Source: Paraspadella gotoi
Taxonomy: Eukaryota > Animalia > Chaetognatha
Length of the DNA stretch: 64,000 nt
Direction of reading: 5' to 3'
NCBI GenBank assembly: GCA_051294375.1
Contig: JBJCIZ010001671.1
Location: forward strand, 22,512 to 86,511
Both the position numbers and the translations under genes were made by a program. Positions within the stretch are counted from its first letter, which is position 1, and each line of letters starts with the position of its first letter. Shown piece by piece: positions 13,901 through 26,095 of the stretch. Under the pieces are notes generated by a model that was given only the letters and a program-made list of their open reading frames with translations, ran no database searches and was not told where the DNA came from.

Positions 13901-16900
13901 ACTTTGCATATGAACAATCTTCTTTTGAGTCCCTTTTCGCACTTCGCCGTTCACGCGAGATCTCTCGACTTGATGTGCAGGCGATTTTTCCTATTCAGTG
14001 TTTCGTCGAACAAAAAAGGATCGCCACGTTTCGATTTTTGGTGGTCTTGAGGATGTATATGGAGAAGTTCTGTTTATGGGAGATGATCGTTTCAGCAGGT
14101 TCTTCGGGCGCCGAAATCGCTCGCCGACTGTGTGCCAGCTACTAGCGTCGCAGCATCTCAGGTTCCGTACGCCTTTTATGTGAACGGTTCCACCGGAAGT
14201 TTGCTGATAGCCTTATCATCAACGACTTTTTACGTGGATAATTTATTGCTTTCGGCGTATTTGATGGTTCCCGACCGTTGATGTTCGGCCCGAAGTCTCC
14301 GGATCGGCATTACGGAACGCGTGATGAAGCGTGGAGGCTTTGACCTTGTGTATTTGCTGGCTTGCGGTCATCGCATAGAGGCGTTGGAGGAGTGAATACG
14401 CCTGGCGTTGAAAAGGAATGGGAAGGACATAAAAACTCAGTGGGGTGGGTGTAGTGCGATGATAATTGGGAGAGGTCTTAAGGCGTTTGCCTTTGTTCTC
14501 ACGAGATATTTTCTCGTTCAACGGAACAAGAAGAAGGTGGAAAACTGAAAGTCCAAAGGCGTCGGCAAATGCTCTCACTCCACTAGCTTCCTCTTTGATC
14601 CGATTGGGGTTCGTGCACTTCTCCTGCGTGGAAGCGGAGATTTTTCAGCGGGCAACGAAAGAAAAACTCCGTGGGTGACCCGGATATCAAAGGAGGCTTC
14701 ATGCCGGATCACAAGTGCGGCAAAGAGGTTGTGAACTTCTTCATCGAGATTCCTCCTGGATTTCGACGAAGGGAAAACGCATGCGGTGCCGGAAAAATGG
14801 CACATCTTCTGCCGATGCCTCGAGTTGGGTTACGGCGTCGTTCATGTATCGTTTTCCGCGTCGAAGTTCCCATCAGAGCTCATGTGGATATCTTTTGGAA
14901 AGTCACGTTGTAGTGCCGTTGTCTTCGAGTAAGTGTTTGACTCCCAATGAGTCATTCCGCTGGCATTGGAGTTACCCGCGAAACTCTGCCGCCGAGCTTC
15001 GTCTATCTGTGCTGGAATCAAGTTTCATGAAGAATATTCGAGAGTTGTTTTCTGGTACGGGATTCGCATAACAGTCATCAAGCAAATTCGGACGAGAAGT
15101 GGCGTTTTATCCCGTTTTTCAAACATCGAATCTTCTCAATTCGGAAATTCCGAGTGTGGACGAATGGGAGATATGGTCCCGACTGCCGAAAATCGAGCGG
15201 ATATTGCGAGTCGAGGACTATCTGGCGAGGGGGAAAAATGGATGATTGGATGAAAGTTCTTACGTGGACTTGGATTTTCTTTGAGACCGGCATTCAACTT
15301 GGCCTCCCCGATCAAACGTGTTTGATTCCGGTGAATAACGAAGATCTTTCCGGGAGTGTCGCGAGAAAAGTGCGGCTATTGACGCCCTCTGTCGCTTCTC
15401 CGTTCATGCCCATTTTCCGCTGATTCGTGGATGCTTGATTACGCCGCCAAGTTTTTCATTCTTTGGGCAGGCCGCGTCTGGCGAAAAGACCGCGGTTTGC
15501 TCTTGCGCGTGGTTGGAGACCTTTGCGTTTTGGGAAAGGCTTCAACGCAATCTGCCGGCCAAGGAAAATTTCCTCGATCTTACATCGTCGATATTGAATC
15601 GGCGCGGATCGCCTATTTCGCTTGATTCAATTGAAATATTTCTGGTTTCCGAGATGGAATTTCTTGTCGAAATCGGTCACGCTTCCGCAACTTCGAAAGG
15701 AATTGAATTCAAAAATTCGCCTCTTTCGTAAGTTGTCTCCTTTCGTCGACAGCGGGGATGGGGAAGATGCGCGTCGGCGGACGTCTAATCTACGGGTAAC
15801 GCCGCGTCGCTTTCCTTCGAAGGCCTAAACATCCCATCATTTGCCTGGTTCGGTCTGACGACGATTCTAGGAGTAGTTCTTCGCCGCCCTATCGAATGTT
15901 CATAGATCGAGGGTCATGCAGGAATTGAGGCTATCTGCCAGTGAAAATACGACGCAAGTACTGGATCCTCCAATGGAGCGCGCCAAGCTGTCCGTCGAGT
16001 TCTCACCAATGCGTTCTACTGTCAAAAAGCTACAGCCACCGGACAAACAGAAAATGGCGCCGCTTCCGAGCTTCAGGACGGTCCCCAGTGCCGACCGTGT
16101 CTCGCGAACGTCCGGTCAGGTCGTCGATGCGCTTGGGCCCTTCGACATCAAGATCGGACCGTTGCCCGATAAGGCTGTGGGTGTGGCGCTCTTTACCTGC
16201 CTATATTCTCGCGCCGTTTCATCTTGAGTAGTTATTTTCTCTCTCGACTTCGTCCTTACATAAATTGCCTTCGATGTTGCTGCAGCGGAAGGACACGAAG
16301 GCCGGGCATACGGGCACCTCTTCAGCGTTAACGCAAACAAATTTCAAAGGTGCCGACACAAGCCTCCTGCACGAGCGACGCTATAAAGGATGAACATCGG
16401 CAACGACACTGATTAAAATTTCCATTGTCTTGGCTTCGACTGGGACTTCGCGCCGCCTCTCACGCCGCACTTATGTGGAGTTTGGGACGGATGGTTCGCT
16501 CGGCTAAGCGACTCTCTACGCCCCTACTTGGCGACAGGTCGCGCGATGGAAGACGTTTCGCACCATCATCACCGGCGCCGAAAGGAATCATCATCGTCGG
16601 CCTTTTAACGCTATAAGCAGCGATGCTCAAGACTGGTACTTTTAACGACCAGCTGATTTATCTTATCTCCGGAGTTCGCTGATAGGAACGTCGGCCGTCA
16701 TCTTCCCACCGCCGCCGTCTTCCGGCGATGCTTGCTGTCTGGAGGTAATAAGCAAGCGTCTGGATTGATTTTCATTCGAGCGGACGCTTTTCTCCACGGC
16801 GCATTATCTACCTAATCCTCCAACGCCCGAAACGTTTGGCAAACGACGCAGCCGGATCTTAAAGTCGGCCAACTCGTCCTCTTGTTGACGAGACCAAGGT

Positions 16901-16950
16901 CGAGGAACGAGTGGAGGCTTGGCGTTATCGAAAGCGGTGCATGGCGGACG
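10918..16950 (-). pseudogene. Heavily degenerate BEL/Pao LTR retrotransposon gag-pol
   Basis: Minus-strand relic motifs in order: C..C..H..CP.F knuckle (~16350), YAMTA (~14380), SLFYPLG = FDPLG (~13625), NRV and W.HVP...SRG (~12870-12770), NFMG (~11765), LLSPAAF = LTP.HF (~11320). BEL-type GGGGGGAT purine tract followed by TG at ~10925-10916. Confidence 0.7.
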
Positions 16951-17819
16951 CGAATGGAAAAATATTTGAACGCGATCGATCTAAGATTCGTCGTTTGGAA
17001 CTAGATGAGTGAAGTAAAAACGAATACCTCATTCCCTCAAGAACTAAAAATTTTGTATATTATATTCCATTATGCCATGCATAACCGAATTTACTTTTCG
17101 AGAGGCTTCGATGAAAAACGAAATTTCGTTTTTACCCAAATTTTTATTTCGCTTTCGAGTCGATTTACCCCATAGGGACTGCTACCAAAACCGAAATTCA
17201 GATTAAATGTTTTTCAATTTGAATTTTTTAATTTTTGTATTTTTACTGTTTAAGACAATGATTTTTTCAGAAACTGTGTTTGTTTTGGTTAAGAGTTTAT
17301 TTTTAAGAATTTATTTTTATATTTTCAGTTGTGGAAGTAGGGTTTTTAAGAAAAATTATTTTATTTATTTATTTCGATTATCGTAAGTGCGACCCCTACT
17401 CGAAAATTTTTTCTCAGATTTTGACAGTAAAAAATAAAAATTTTGGATTGTTCGATTCGTTATTATTTATGTCGAATTTCAAGCTTATAATAAGATCAAA
17501 TTGGGATTTTGGCGTACAGTCGTATGTTTCTGCGATTTCTTTTATTCATTATTTGATTTTCAGCGGTACGTCACCACGGGCCTGTTCAATTTTGAAGTTG
17601 CGGACTTTTGTATATTTTTTTGGAGAAAAAAGAAAATATTTATTATTGGGCCTCATTATTAATTTTTTGGGTTTTCAATACGGGCGTGCGGGTTTGTCGC
17701 TTCGTCCTTTTGTTTTCTCCCTTTTTTCTCAGTTTTAGTACCGGTCCTTTGTTTCTGTACCGCCTTATCGGAGTTTCAAGTTTGACGCCGGAAAGACTTT
17801 TATTAATTATATCAAAGCT

Positions 17820-19400
17820 TCGAAATGCAGGCCACTACTAGTGCGCAGGTGGTCTGCTGGTTGGACATTCGGGGTGCGGCGAGGCGGGATTGTTCTCGTC
17901 TTCCACCCGTTTCGCCGTTGCACGGATGCAGCTTCAAGGTTATGGTTTGTCGGGCGGCTCTGTTGATGGACATCGTTCTTGGAGATCCCGGCGGTTTGCC
18001 GCCGAAAGGGGTTGCGGAATGCTGGGTACGGTACTGGCCGACAATGGATTTGTCTTCTTCCGGGCTCTCCGGAAGTGGATCGATGCCTCACTGCTTTCAG
18101 GGCGAGCGGGCTATTCAAGTCCTGATAAATCTACAGAGATCCCGCTTCTGTGGAGGAGATTATGCCCGTCGATCTCGACCTCTCCTCCGTTGGCGAGGGG
18201 AATTGGGTCGGATTTAGAATTGATAGACCAAGAGCATGTTGCCGCAGGCTCTGCAACGGCTTCGGCGCCTTTCCGAAGGGGAGACGACGACGCCGGGAGG
18301 CGTCCTTCTTCTTCCGATGACGTGAATCCCCGCGCTTTCCCCGCGCAAGATAAGGGTTCCGTCTCGGTCAGGCTTGTGGGAGCTCGGACCCCAGGAAGAT
18401 AAGTCCGGTTCACGACCGTACAGCGAGGAGAGCCGTAGGTTGCGGGGCTCTGAGCTTCTGCCCTGGCTCCGCGTAGTGGCACCTCCACGCGCAGCGTCGC
18501 GATCCGCGCGCGAGGAGCTGGCGGCCAATGGAAGCCGGCGATCTGCCGGACCGACTTGTACTCGGGCTCGGATCTCGCGTGGATCGGTCAATCGGCCAAA
18601 CAATCTGGCTACCGCACGACGGAGCCAGGAGGCAGGTTCCTGTTCAAACCGTTCTGCGGGCGTTTCGACGTCGGGGCCGTCTCGCGGAACTGAGAGACGC
18701 AGAGTGCAGAGGGCATGCTCGGTAGGAAGTGCGAGGGACTCGCGCAGCGTATGTGCAGGATCCCGGGGCCCCTGCGAACCATGCGATCTGCAGAAGTTCC
18801 GTCTTTGTTCAGGGAGTTCAGGTTTGCAGGACACGGAGACGAAGAGAGGCCGTGCTGCATCCGAGGAGAGAAGGAAGATGGACCTCGATAGAGGGCGCCA
18901 CAGGCAGTGTCAGAAGTAGCTACTAGGTGACGCTGTGCTGGCGGAGTCCGGTCGTCGGCTGATGCGGGTGATGGAGATTGTTGCTCATCAAAGGAATATC
19001 TAGTTTCATCGAAATGCCCGTCGGACGAGGGAGCAATGCTGTGTTTCAGCAGAGAGGAGGAGAAAAGAGGAGGAGAGGGCCGAAGGCGACTTTTAGGTTG
19101 CAGAGGCAGTTGGCGGCATGGGTTCGGCGAGCTCCCGCTTGCAGGTGCCGTTTTGAGCGTTCTGGCCGTCGGGAAGAGATTGGGGACGCGGTTCAGGGCG
19201 CTTTTCTGGGATTGGTTGCGTTGCTGGAGATCGGAGGGAGGTCATGGAGCTTGAGTACGTCGGAGATTATGCCGGTGGTCGGGACAATCGCCGAAAGGGG
19301 AAAGGGCTCCTCCCGGGACAGGCGAAAGGCCGCACGGACAGGGCTGATCCTTGAGTCTGTAGGAGTAGTGTAGAGGGGCGTTGTGAATTCCATCTCCGTC
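17820..19400. other. GC-rich degenerate coding-like segment, unclassified (probably TE-derived)
   Basis: Sharp GC shift and overlapping short ORFs; no recognisable motif. Confidence 0.3.
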
Positions 19401-20639
19401 CCGCTCTTTGTACATAAGGGCAGCCTTGGTGTCCGTGGATTCTGGTTTTGTATGTGGAATTATTTATTTTATGTGTTACAGCCTTCTCCCTTCTGAGATG
19501 GCAGAGGCTATTTATTAACGGCATTGTGAATCAATTGTGTGGTATGGTACGGAACGCTTCCTTGCATTTAATATGGGTGGTATATTGTCACATGTGATTT
19601 ACTTGTAGTATGACTTATGTCAGTCTCGGGGTTTTTTCCCATCTAAACAATTATTAAATGTGTTATTTTATTTTTTTATTATTTATTATATTGCTTTATT
19701 CAGTGCAATGAGATAAAAGAAGGAGAAGAAGATCAGAGGTATTAAAGTACTGTGTGTTAGAGATTATAAGTATGTATAAGCTCAAAATGCAAATGACAAT
19801 GAAACAGATCAGATCTTTGTCAAATTCGTTTGGATTTAAAAAACGTAGTTAAATTTAAAAAATAACAAGAATATAATTAGAAAATGAAAATTTTAGAAAA
19901 TTTTGAAAAAGGCCAAATATTAGTCCTAGAAAAATAAATTGACTTATATCATTATGTTATTATATGCTAAAGATTATGTGTGCTAGATAAATCATATAAG
20001 TAGTGTTCTGGCCATAAGGTACCACCTAATATTATTCTGAATCGTTAATTATATAGATAGAGTGAGAAAGTATATAATCAGTTGAGAACAGGTATTTGAA
20101 TTTAGAGTATACCAAACGCGATAGGATATTGCAAAAAAATTTGAAAAGTTACAAAAACCTTTCAATTAATATTCGGGTCTCCTAATTAAAAATATGCATA
20201 AAAAATATAGATTACAAGTTGTAATTTATATATGTAAATTCCATGCGCAATGACAAGGACTTCAAAAATTACTGTTTTAGTTTTTATGAGCATGATAACA
20301 AATTATTTTATTAACTTGAGATTTTTAAAAAGAGTAATGTATAGTCTCACTATATTATATATTCATCTAAAGTGATACCGCATTGATAAAATAGTTTATC
20401 AGATAAAGAAGAAAACTAAGACTAAATTATAGTGATAGTTATTACTTTTATAAAGTTAAAAAGATACGAATGAAAGAAATTTCCTCTGTCAACGTTTTTA
20501 ATATATGTAATTTTATCTTACTTATGTATAATAGTATCACTTAACAAAATCATATTTAATACAGTGTTAGCAGGCTCTAATGATGTAATGTTTATTCTAA
20601 ATTAGAGACAGCAAATAAAACAATTATCTAAGCATATAT

Positions 20640-21400
20640 TATCAATAATTGTTTTAATGCTAATGCTTAATATTATATCTTTGAAGAGTTATTGGACTGT
20701 AAGTCATGTATTTTCAAAATTATCTATAGGGAAATTTAAGGTAGTACATCTCTGGCGCATAATGTTCTCGAGATTCTTTGGAGTTTTGGAAAAATTCTCA
20801 ATTAAAAGATTTTCTAGGGTGGACATTATGATTTATGTTCTAGAGTTCTGACTGATACATCTTTTCTTTCAAATTATTTAGTCAATATCAGGGGGTAAGC
20901 TTAAAATGTGTCATTAGTGTGTAGGAGATAGGCGACCACGGAACGAATTTTTTCTAGGGAAAATAAAACAAAGGTGATAGTAGAATGTTAAATACGATGC
21001 AGATAATGCTTATTTTGTGCGCAATACTAGGTTAAACTTCATGAGGGAGATATATTTTTGGTTATCGATTGTATAGATTGGATAATTTGATCCTCAACTT
21101 TATTTTAGGATTACTGTTTTATGTTGTGTCATAATTTGGGAGTCAAAGGGGACGGTTAATATCAAAACAAGGATCAATTGGAAGGGCGGCAATTACCAAT
21201 TGGATCTTATAGATATCCCTGGGACATAGATGTGTGCTCATATTTTTTTGTAGAAATCAATCGAGCCATGGATTGGAGTATATATGTCAAAAAAATTATT
21301 AGGATGCAAGCATGTTAAAATTGCTCAAGATTATTGGTGTGACCTTGTGTTTTTCGAGTTGGCCAGATAGTGGTCTGTAGAGGATATTTAAGATAGCAAT
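20640..21400 (+). pseudogene. Relic non-LTR (LINE) reverse transcriptase
   Basis: LKSYWTVSH...KL (DLxKAFDTVSH-like, ~20685), QG-like (~20890), YADD-like GATGCAGATAAT (~20997), YKYLG-like TATAGATATCCCTGG (~21210), in canonical order. Confidence 0.5.
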
Positions 21401-24400
21401 CGGTTAAGGCCAACATATATCCGACGGCGAGCTGCTACTGTAATAAATTTATATAGTCTACGAATCATTAAGATGTAGATGGTTACTTTTTGTTCGAATA
21501 TTAATCAATTTAATCAGAAAACAGGACAACATGTTGTGTTAGCTCGATGTCATGTTATGTATGATTTAAAAGGGATTCCTTTTCTTTTGATATTAGTTGA
21601 ACTGGACGTGACCCGTATATGGACAGTTGTATTCCTAAAGCAAGGCACCTAGGTGTATGTTGATGTAAGAGCGAGATTAAGATAAGATATGCAAGATATT
21701 GTCGACGTTTGTTTACATAGACCTGTTATGTGTTCCTCTTTCTTGAAAAGAGCATATCTAAAATTTAAGCGAAAACTACGCGCAAGTGTAGCAGTGTGAG
21801 GAGATAGGCGTGTTATTATATTCTAGAGAGGGACTTAAGAAAAAGTTAGGGAAATTAAGATTTTAGTTCATACAGTTTAAGGGCGCTAATAAGAGCTAGT
21901 ATAATCCCTGCTCGCTCATCGCGGTCTTACTTTGAAAATTTTCATAATGCTCTCTCTTTCAAAGAACTGGATTATACTGTATTGGAGTAAGATTAGGCTG
22001 AGATAAAAATGACTGCGCAAAAAGGAAGGAATAAGCAGCAATAACCGGACTCAAGTGATATTATAACCTTGTATATGAATAACATAAGGTCCATTTTTTA
22101 GAATATTAATAATTACTTATTTATTTATTTGCACTTATTATGATTCTCTGGATTTAATTTATTTTTACTGGTCTTTACCAATTAGTCTGATTGGTGTAAC
22201 ATTTAGAGTTGCGTAGCCTTGATTATTAAACTTTATTATTTAAACGGACTAATTGGTTTATCTTATTTTTATTTTATTTAAAATTTACAATTATTACAAA
22301 CTTAATAAAAGTGTATGCGCTGCTAAAGTGGTGCGTTAAAACCTTGTGCTGTGAGATGCCATGGCTTGGTTTCTTGAATAGTTATTGGCAGATTAGTATA
22401 CGTGTCAATAGAGTATGACGTTTTAATTAACGTAGTGAAGATAAGCAACACAGGTGAAGAGGGAAGTTGACCATTTAGGGCATGGAGCTGGCGTTCTCAA
22501 GCCTGGAGGTCTTTTTTGGAAAATTCAGGCGTGTGCGTCCGTCACTTTTATGCCTCCCGGCTTTGATCGAGGGTCTCTCGCTTGTTTCGTAGCTTATTGG
22601 GATTAAAGGCCCGCGATATTATCTGTAAACTATTGAAGGATCGTATAGACAGTGTTCTCTCCTATACTCTAGATGATATATCGATAGCTTTCTCGATATG
22701 TATAACATAAAGTTTAAATTTATCATTCAGAAAAAAGAAATAATTAAAATAGGATAATAGAATATCATAAAATTTTTATCTTAATTAAGTATTTTATTGA
22801 AATTTACTAATTTACATGATCATAATAAGATGAGCCGCTCTTGACTTTACCCAGATGATTGTTCTCTCGATTCTTAAGTTAACATGTTATCTACATATAC
22901 AATATCTTAATTCTCTCCTCTCTCGTCTCTCTCTCTCTTCTAGTCTTCTTCATCCTTCTTTTGTGCTCTAATAATAATATTACTCTCTATTATATGACGT
23001 CATGTCGGGTTAGTGGTTTTTCCCTGTGCACATACTTATTCGCTTTTCATCGTTCCCACCCTTTGCTGTTCTATGTTCCTCGTTGAGATATTATGAGTTT
23101 TTCTTTTATGCTTTCTAACAGAATGTGTGCTTGAATATGAGTGCGATTCTATTTGATGAAAATGATCCCCTAGGCATGAGATAGGTTAGTCGTAACGCAT
23201 CGAGTGTTGCTCGTGAGACTGTTCCTTAGTTCCGCCCAGAAGTACAAAACTGGATTCTCCATTGTCGATCTTCCGCTAGTAGCCTGTAGCGGTACTTATA
23301 TTATTGCTCATATATATATTATAAACATTTTTTATCAATCTCTTTGTTTAAAGTCAATTTATTATGTTTTTGTTGGTTAATTCAGGATAAAATAATAATA
23401 TGGACTTGTTACATACAATATGTAACATATGATAAGATTTAATTGCGTGAAACAAGTATTTGCAAATTTTCATAAAAATTTAATTTTGTTTATGAATTAA
23501 AAATTTTCATTTATATTTTAATTTAATTATTTACAGTTTTTCAGATAGAAAAATATTTTTTCAGCTCATTTATATATATTTTGTTCTCATTTTAGATTAG
23601 ATAGAATTAAAATAGATAATAATTTCATAACAAAATAAGAACAATAATATATGTAATTTTTTTCTGATTCTTCGATCACAAAGAGGAAGAGAGTAGAATA
23701 AGAAAACCAAAAAATAAGAGAGAAAGGCAGAATAGAAATTAAGCTGTGTCGCTCAAATATGACAATGTGGATACGGGCATAACCCTAAATGTCTTACATA
23801 TTTGTGGCTAAACAAATAAGTTTTATAAGAAAATCCTAGAGAGAAGAACTAGAATCGATCGTGTCTGCATATACGATTTTAATATCATTACGTTAGCCTT
23901 TATTCTAACCAATAAAAACAAGCGTCCTGACAGGGAATGTCCGAACCGCAATCCCTGGGGTGTTTAGTGGCCGTGATGCCGTTCAATCCTTTATTCTTCA
24001 GAGTTTCTGGTCTATCGCTTCTAAATGCCTCGCGTTCGTGCCGTTCTTTCAATCGGGCTACTCACGCTTCCAACTCGCCAGTGTTCGCTTAAGTTTGATC
24101 ACGCGGAGGCGATGCGCTGTACTAGAAGTGCTCGTGGAGCAGGACGCGATGAAGCTGTTTCCCAGTTGGTTGAGTGCCACGATACGCAATATTAGGTCAT
24201 CTCGTTTATTGGCGTGATTCGGTCAGTTATTTTTTTTCTTACACGTAACGTTTCCGTTGCCATCAAAAACGCGCCTGCAACGGTCACGAAATCCAGGTCA
24301 AGTAAGATATTCTTCATATTTTCTCCAAAAAATCAACGAAAATCTCGGATGTAAATTTGGGAAATAAGCGCGGAATAAATGGCGATAATAAAAGTTTTTA

Positions 24401-25046
24401 GAATTGTTTAGAAACGTTTTTAGAATTGTCAGAATAAAGTCCAGTTTTTTAGTGTTTTACACGGTCGTCTTGCAGCTTAACCGAAGCGCGCCGTTTCAAG
24501 TTTTCATTTTTCCTTTTTATTTTGCGAGTGAGGTTCGTACGTTTCGGCTATCGTCACACGGCGCCTCGCATCTTCGGGGGGTAGATGAGCGGTATCTTCG
24601 GCCGTCTTCGTGATCCGTTCGTACAAGTCGAACTTCAAAATCCTGTTTTATGGGTCAAATAGTATATTAGAGTTTACGACTTAATCGTAGCTTATTCCAT
24701 CTCGCACAATTTAATCTACTTGATAATTTGTACCCTCTTCGTCTCGTCATTGAAACTTGAATTACAATCGCGTGTGGAGGAGGGTTAGCACCGGTCAGTT
24801 GTCGTCTGTCGTCGCTGCCCGTCTGTCCGTTCGTCCGTTTTATAAGAAGAATGTTTTTGTTTTTAAGCAATTTGCACGGTTTTTTAGGCTTAACAAGTAA
24901 GTCCTGGGCGCATTTTTTGCATACTCAGCATTTTAAAATTTCTTCCTCTCTACTTTCCATCCCCCTGCGACCGGATATTTTAGATTGTTATTTCTAGACA
25001 TGCTCAGGTATTTGGAATGCTTTTGGCATGCCCAAATAGCGGGGGG

Positions 25047-25829
25047 TGTTACGAAATAACTATCTTTATATCACGAAGAAATCCAGCTTCTCCACCTTTT
25101 CCCGATGTTCTTTTGTCTTTTTTACTGACGCAAGAATTGCCAGCTTTCCAGCGATTACAGAGACATCTTCTATTTTAGACTTTTGTTATATATATATACT
25201 TAGGTACAGATTCCGTGGCGGATTCTGATTGGTTCATCGGATTTCGATAGATTTTATTTTTAATTACGATTTATCGATGTGAACTGTCAGATCTGTCCAT
25301 TCTTGCACTTTCAGTTCTCTGAAAATCTCGGAATCTTTAGTTTTTAGAAACTATTTGGTAATTGCTGGATTGGTGGATTTTCCTGTGAGAGAAGCAACTT
25401 TTTGTTACTATTTTGGCTTCAGAAACAAGTAAGAAAGATTCTTTAAACTTTATATATATATATTTGCTGAGTTTGTATTAAATGTTTTGTTATCCTTTGC
25501 CCAGGACTTCTAACTTCAACTTACCTTCAACTTCACTTCAACTTCAACTTCTCTTAACACAACTTCATTTCAACTTCTACTTCACTTTACACAACTTCAC
25601 TTATCTTCAACTTTACTTCTCTTCACTTAACTTCAACCTTACTTCAACTATGTCCTGGGCTTCGCCTTTGTGGCCGAGACTTTGTCGTCCTCATCTATTG
25701 AGCGTCATAGACCGGCGCCATCGTCTCCTCTGCGCCATTACGCCACAAATACCAACGCTTAATTTGGCGTAGAGTTAGCCCGGAAAAGTTAGCAAGTCAA
25801 TGAAACCACTCTCCTAACTTAGTTCAACA
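25047..25829 (+). mobile_element. LTR (family A), copy 3, TGTT...AACA termini, preceded by a G-run (PPT-like)
   Basis: TGTTACG start after AGCGGGGGG; ends AGTTCAACA; contains a (CTTCAA)-type expansion at 25510-25650. Confidence 0.8.
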
Positions 25830-26095
25830 CAATCACCATTGAATTCTACAGACATGATTTCAGTAAAATCGCGATGAATGAAATTCAATATCTCATTTTT
25901 TGTTACTTTTAAATGCTCTACTCTTTAATGATTTAGGATTTCTTCTTTGTGACGTCGTCGTCGGCGTCACGCTGTTTTTATATAAAAACTACTACGCTTT
26001 TATAGGTTTGGCTGGGACTTACCGTTTTTTTTATTATTGAATTATTGAATTATTATAAAGTTTTACAAAAGTGTGCGATCTTAGTAAGTTAAAAA

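Noticed and set aside
14228-14245. Plus-strand FYVDN resembling an RT active site
   Set aside because: All neighbouring BEL motifs are on the minus strand; treated as chance.
7932-25829. Single 18-kb element bounded by the LTRs at 7932 and 25047
   Set aside because: The LTRs are clearly diverged, there is no PBS after the first and no convincing TSD, and the interior is a mix of unrelated relics.
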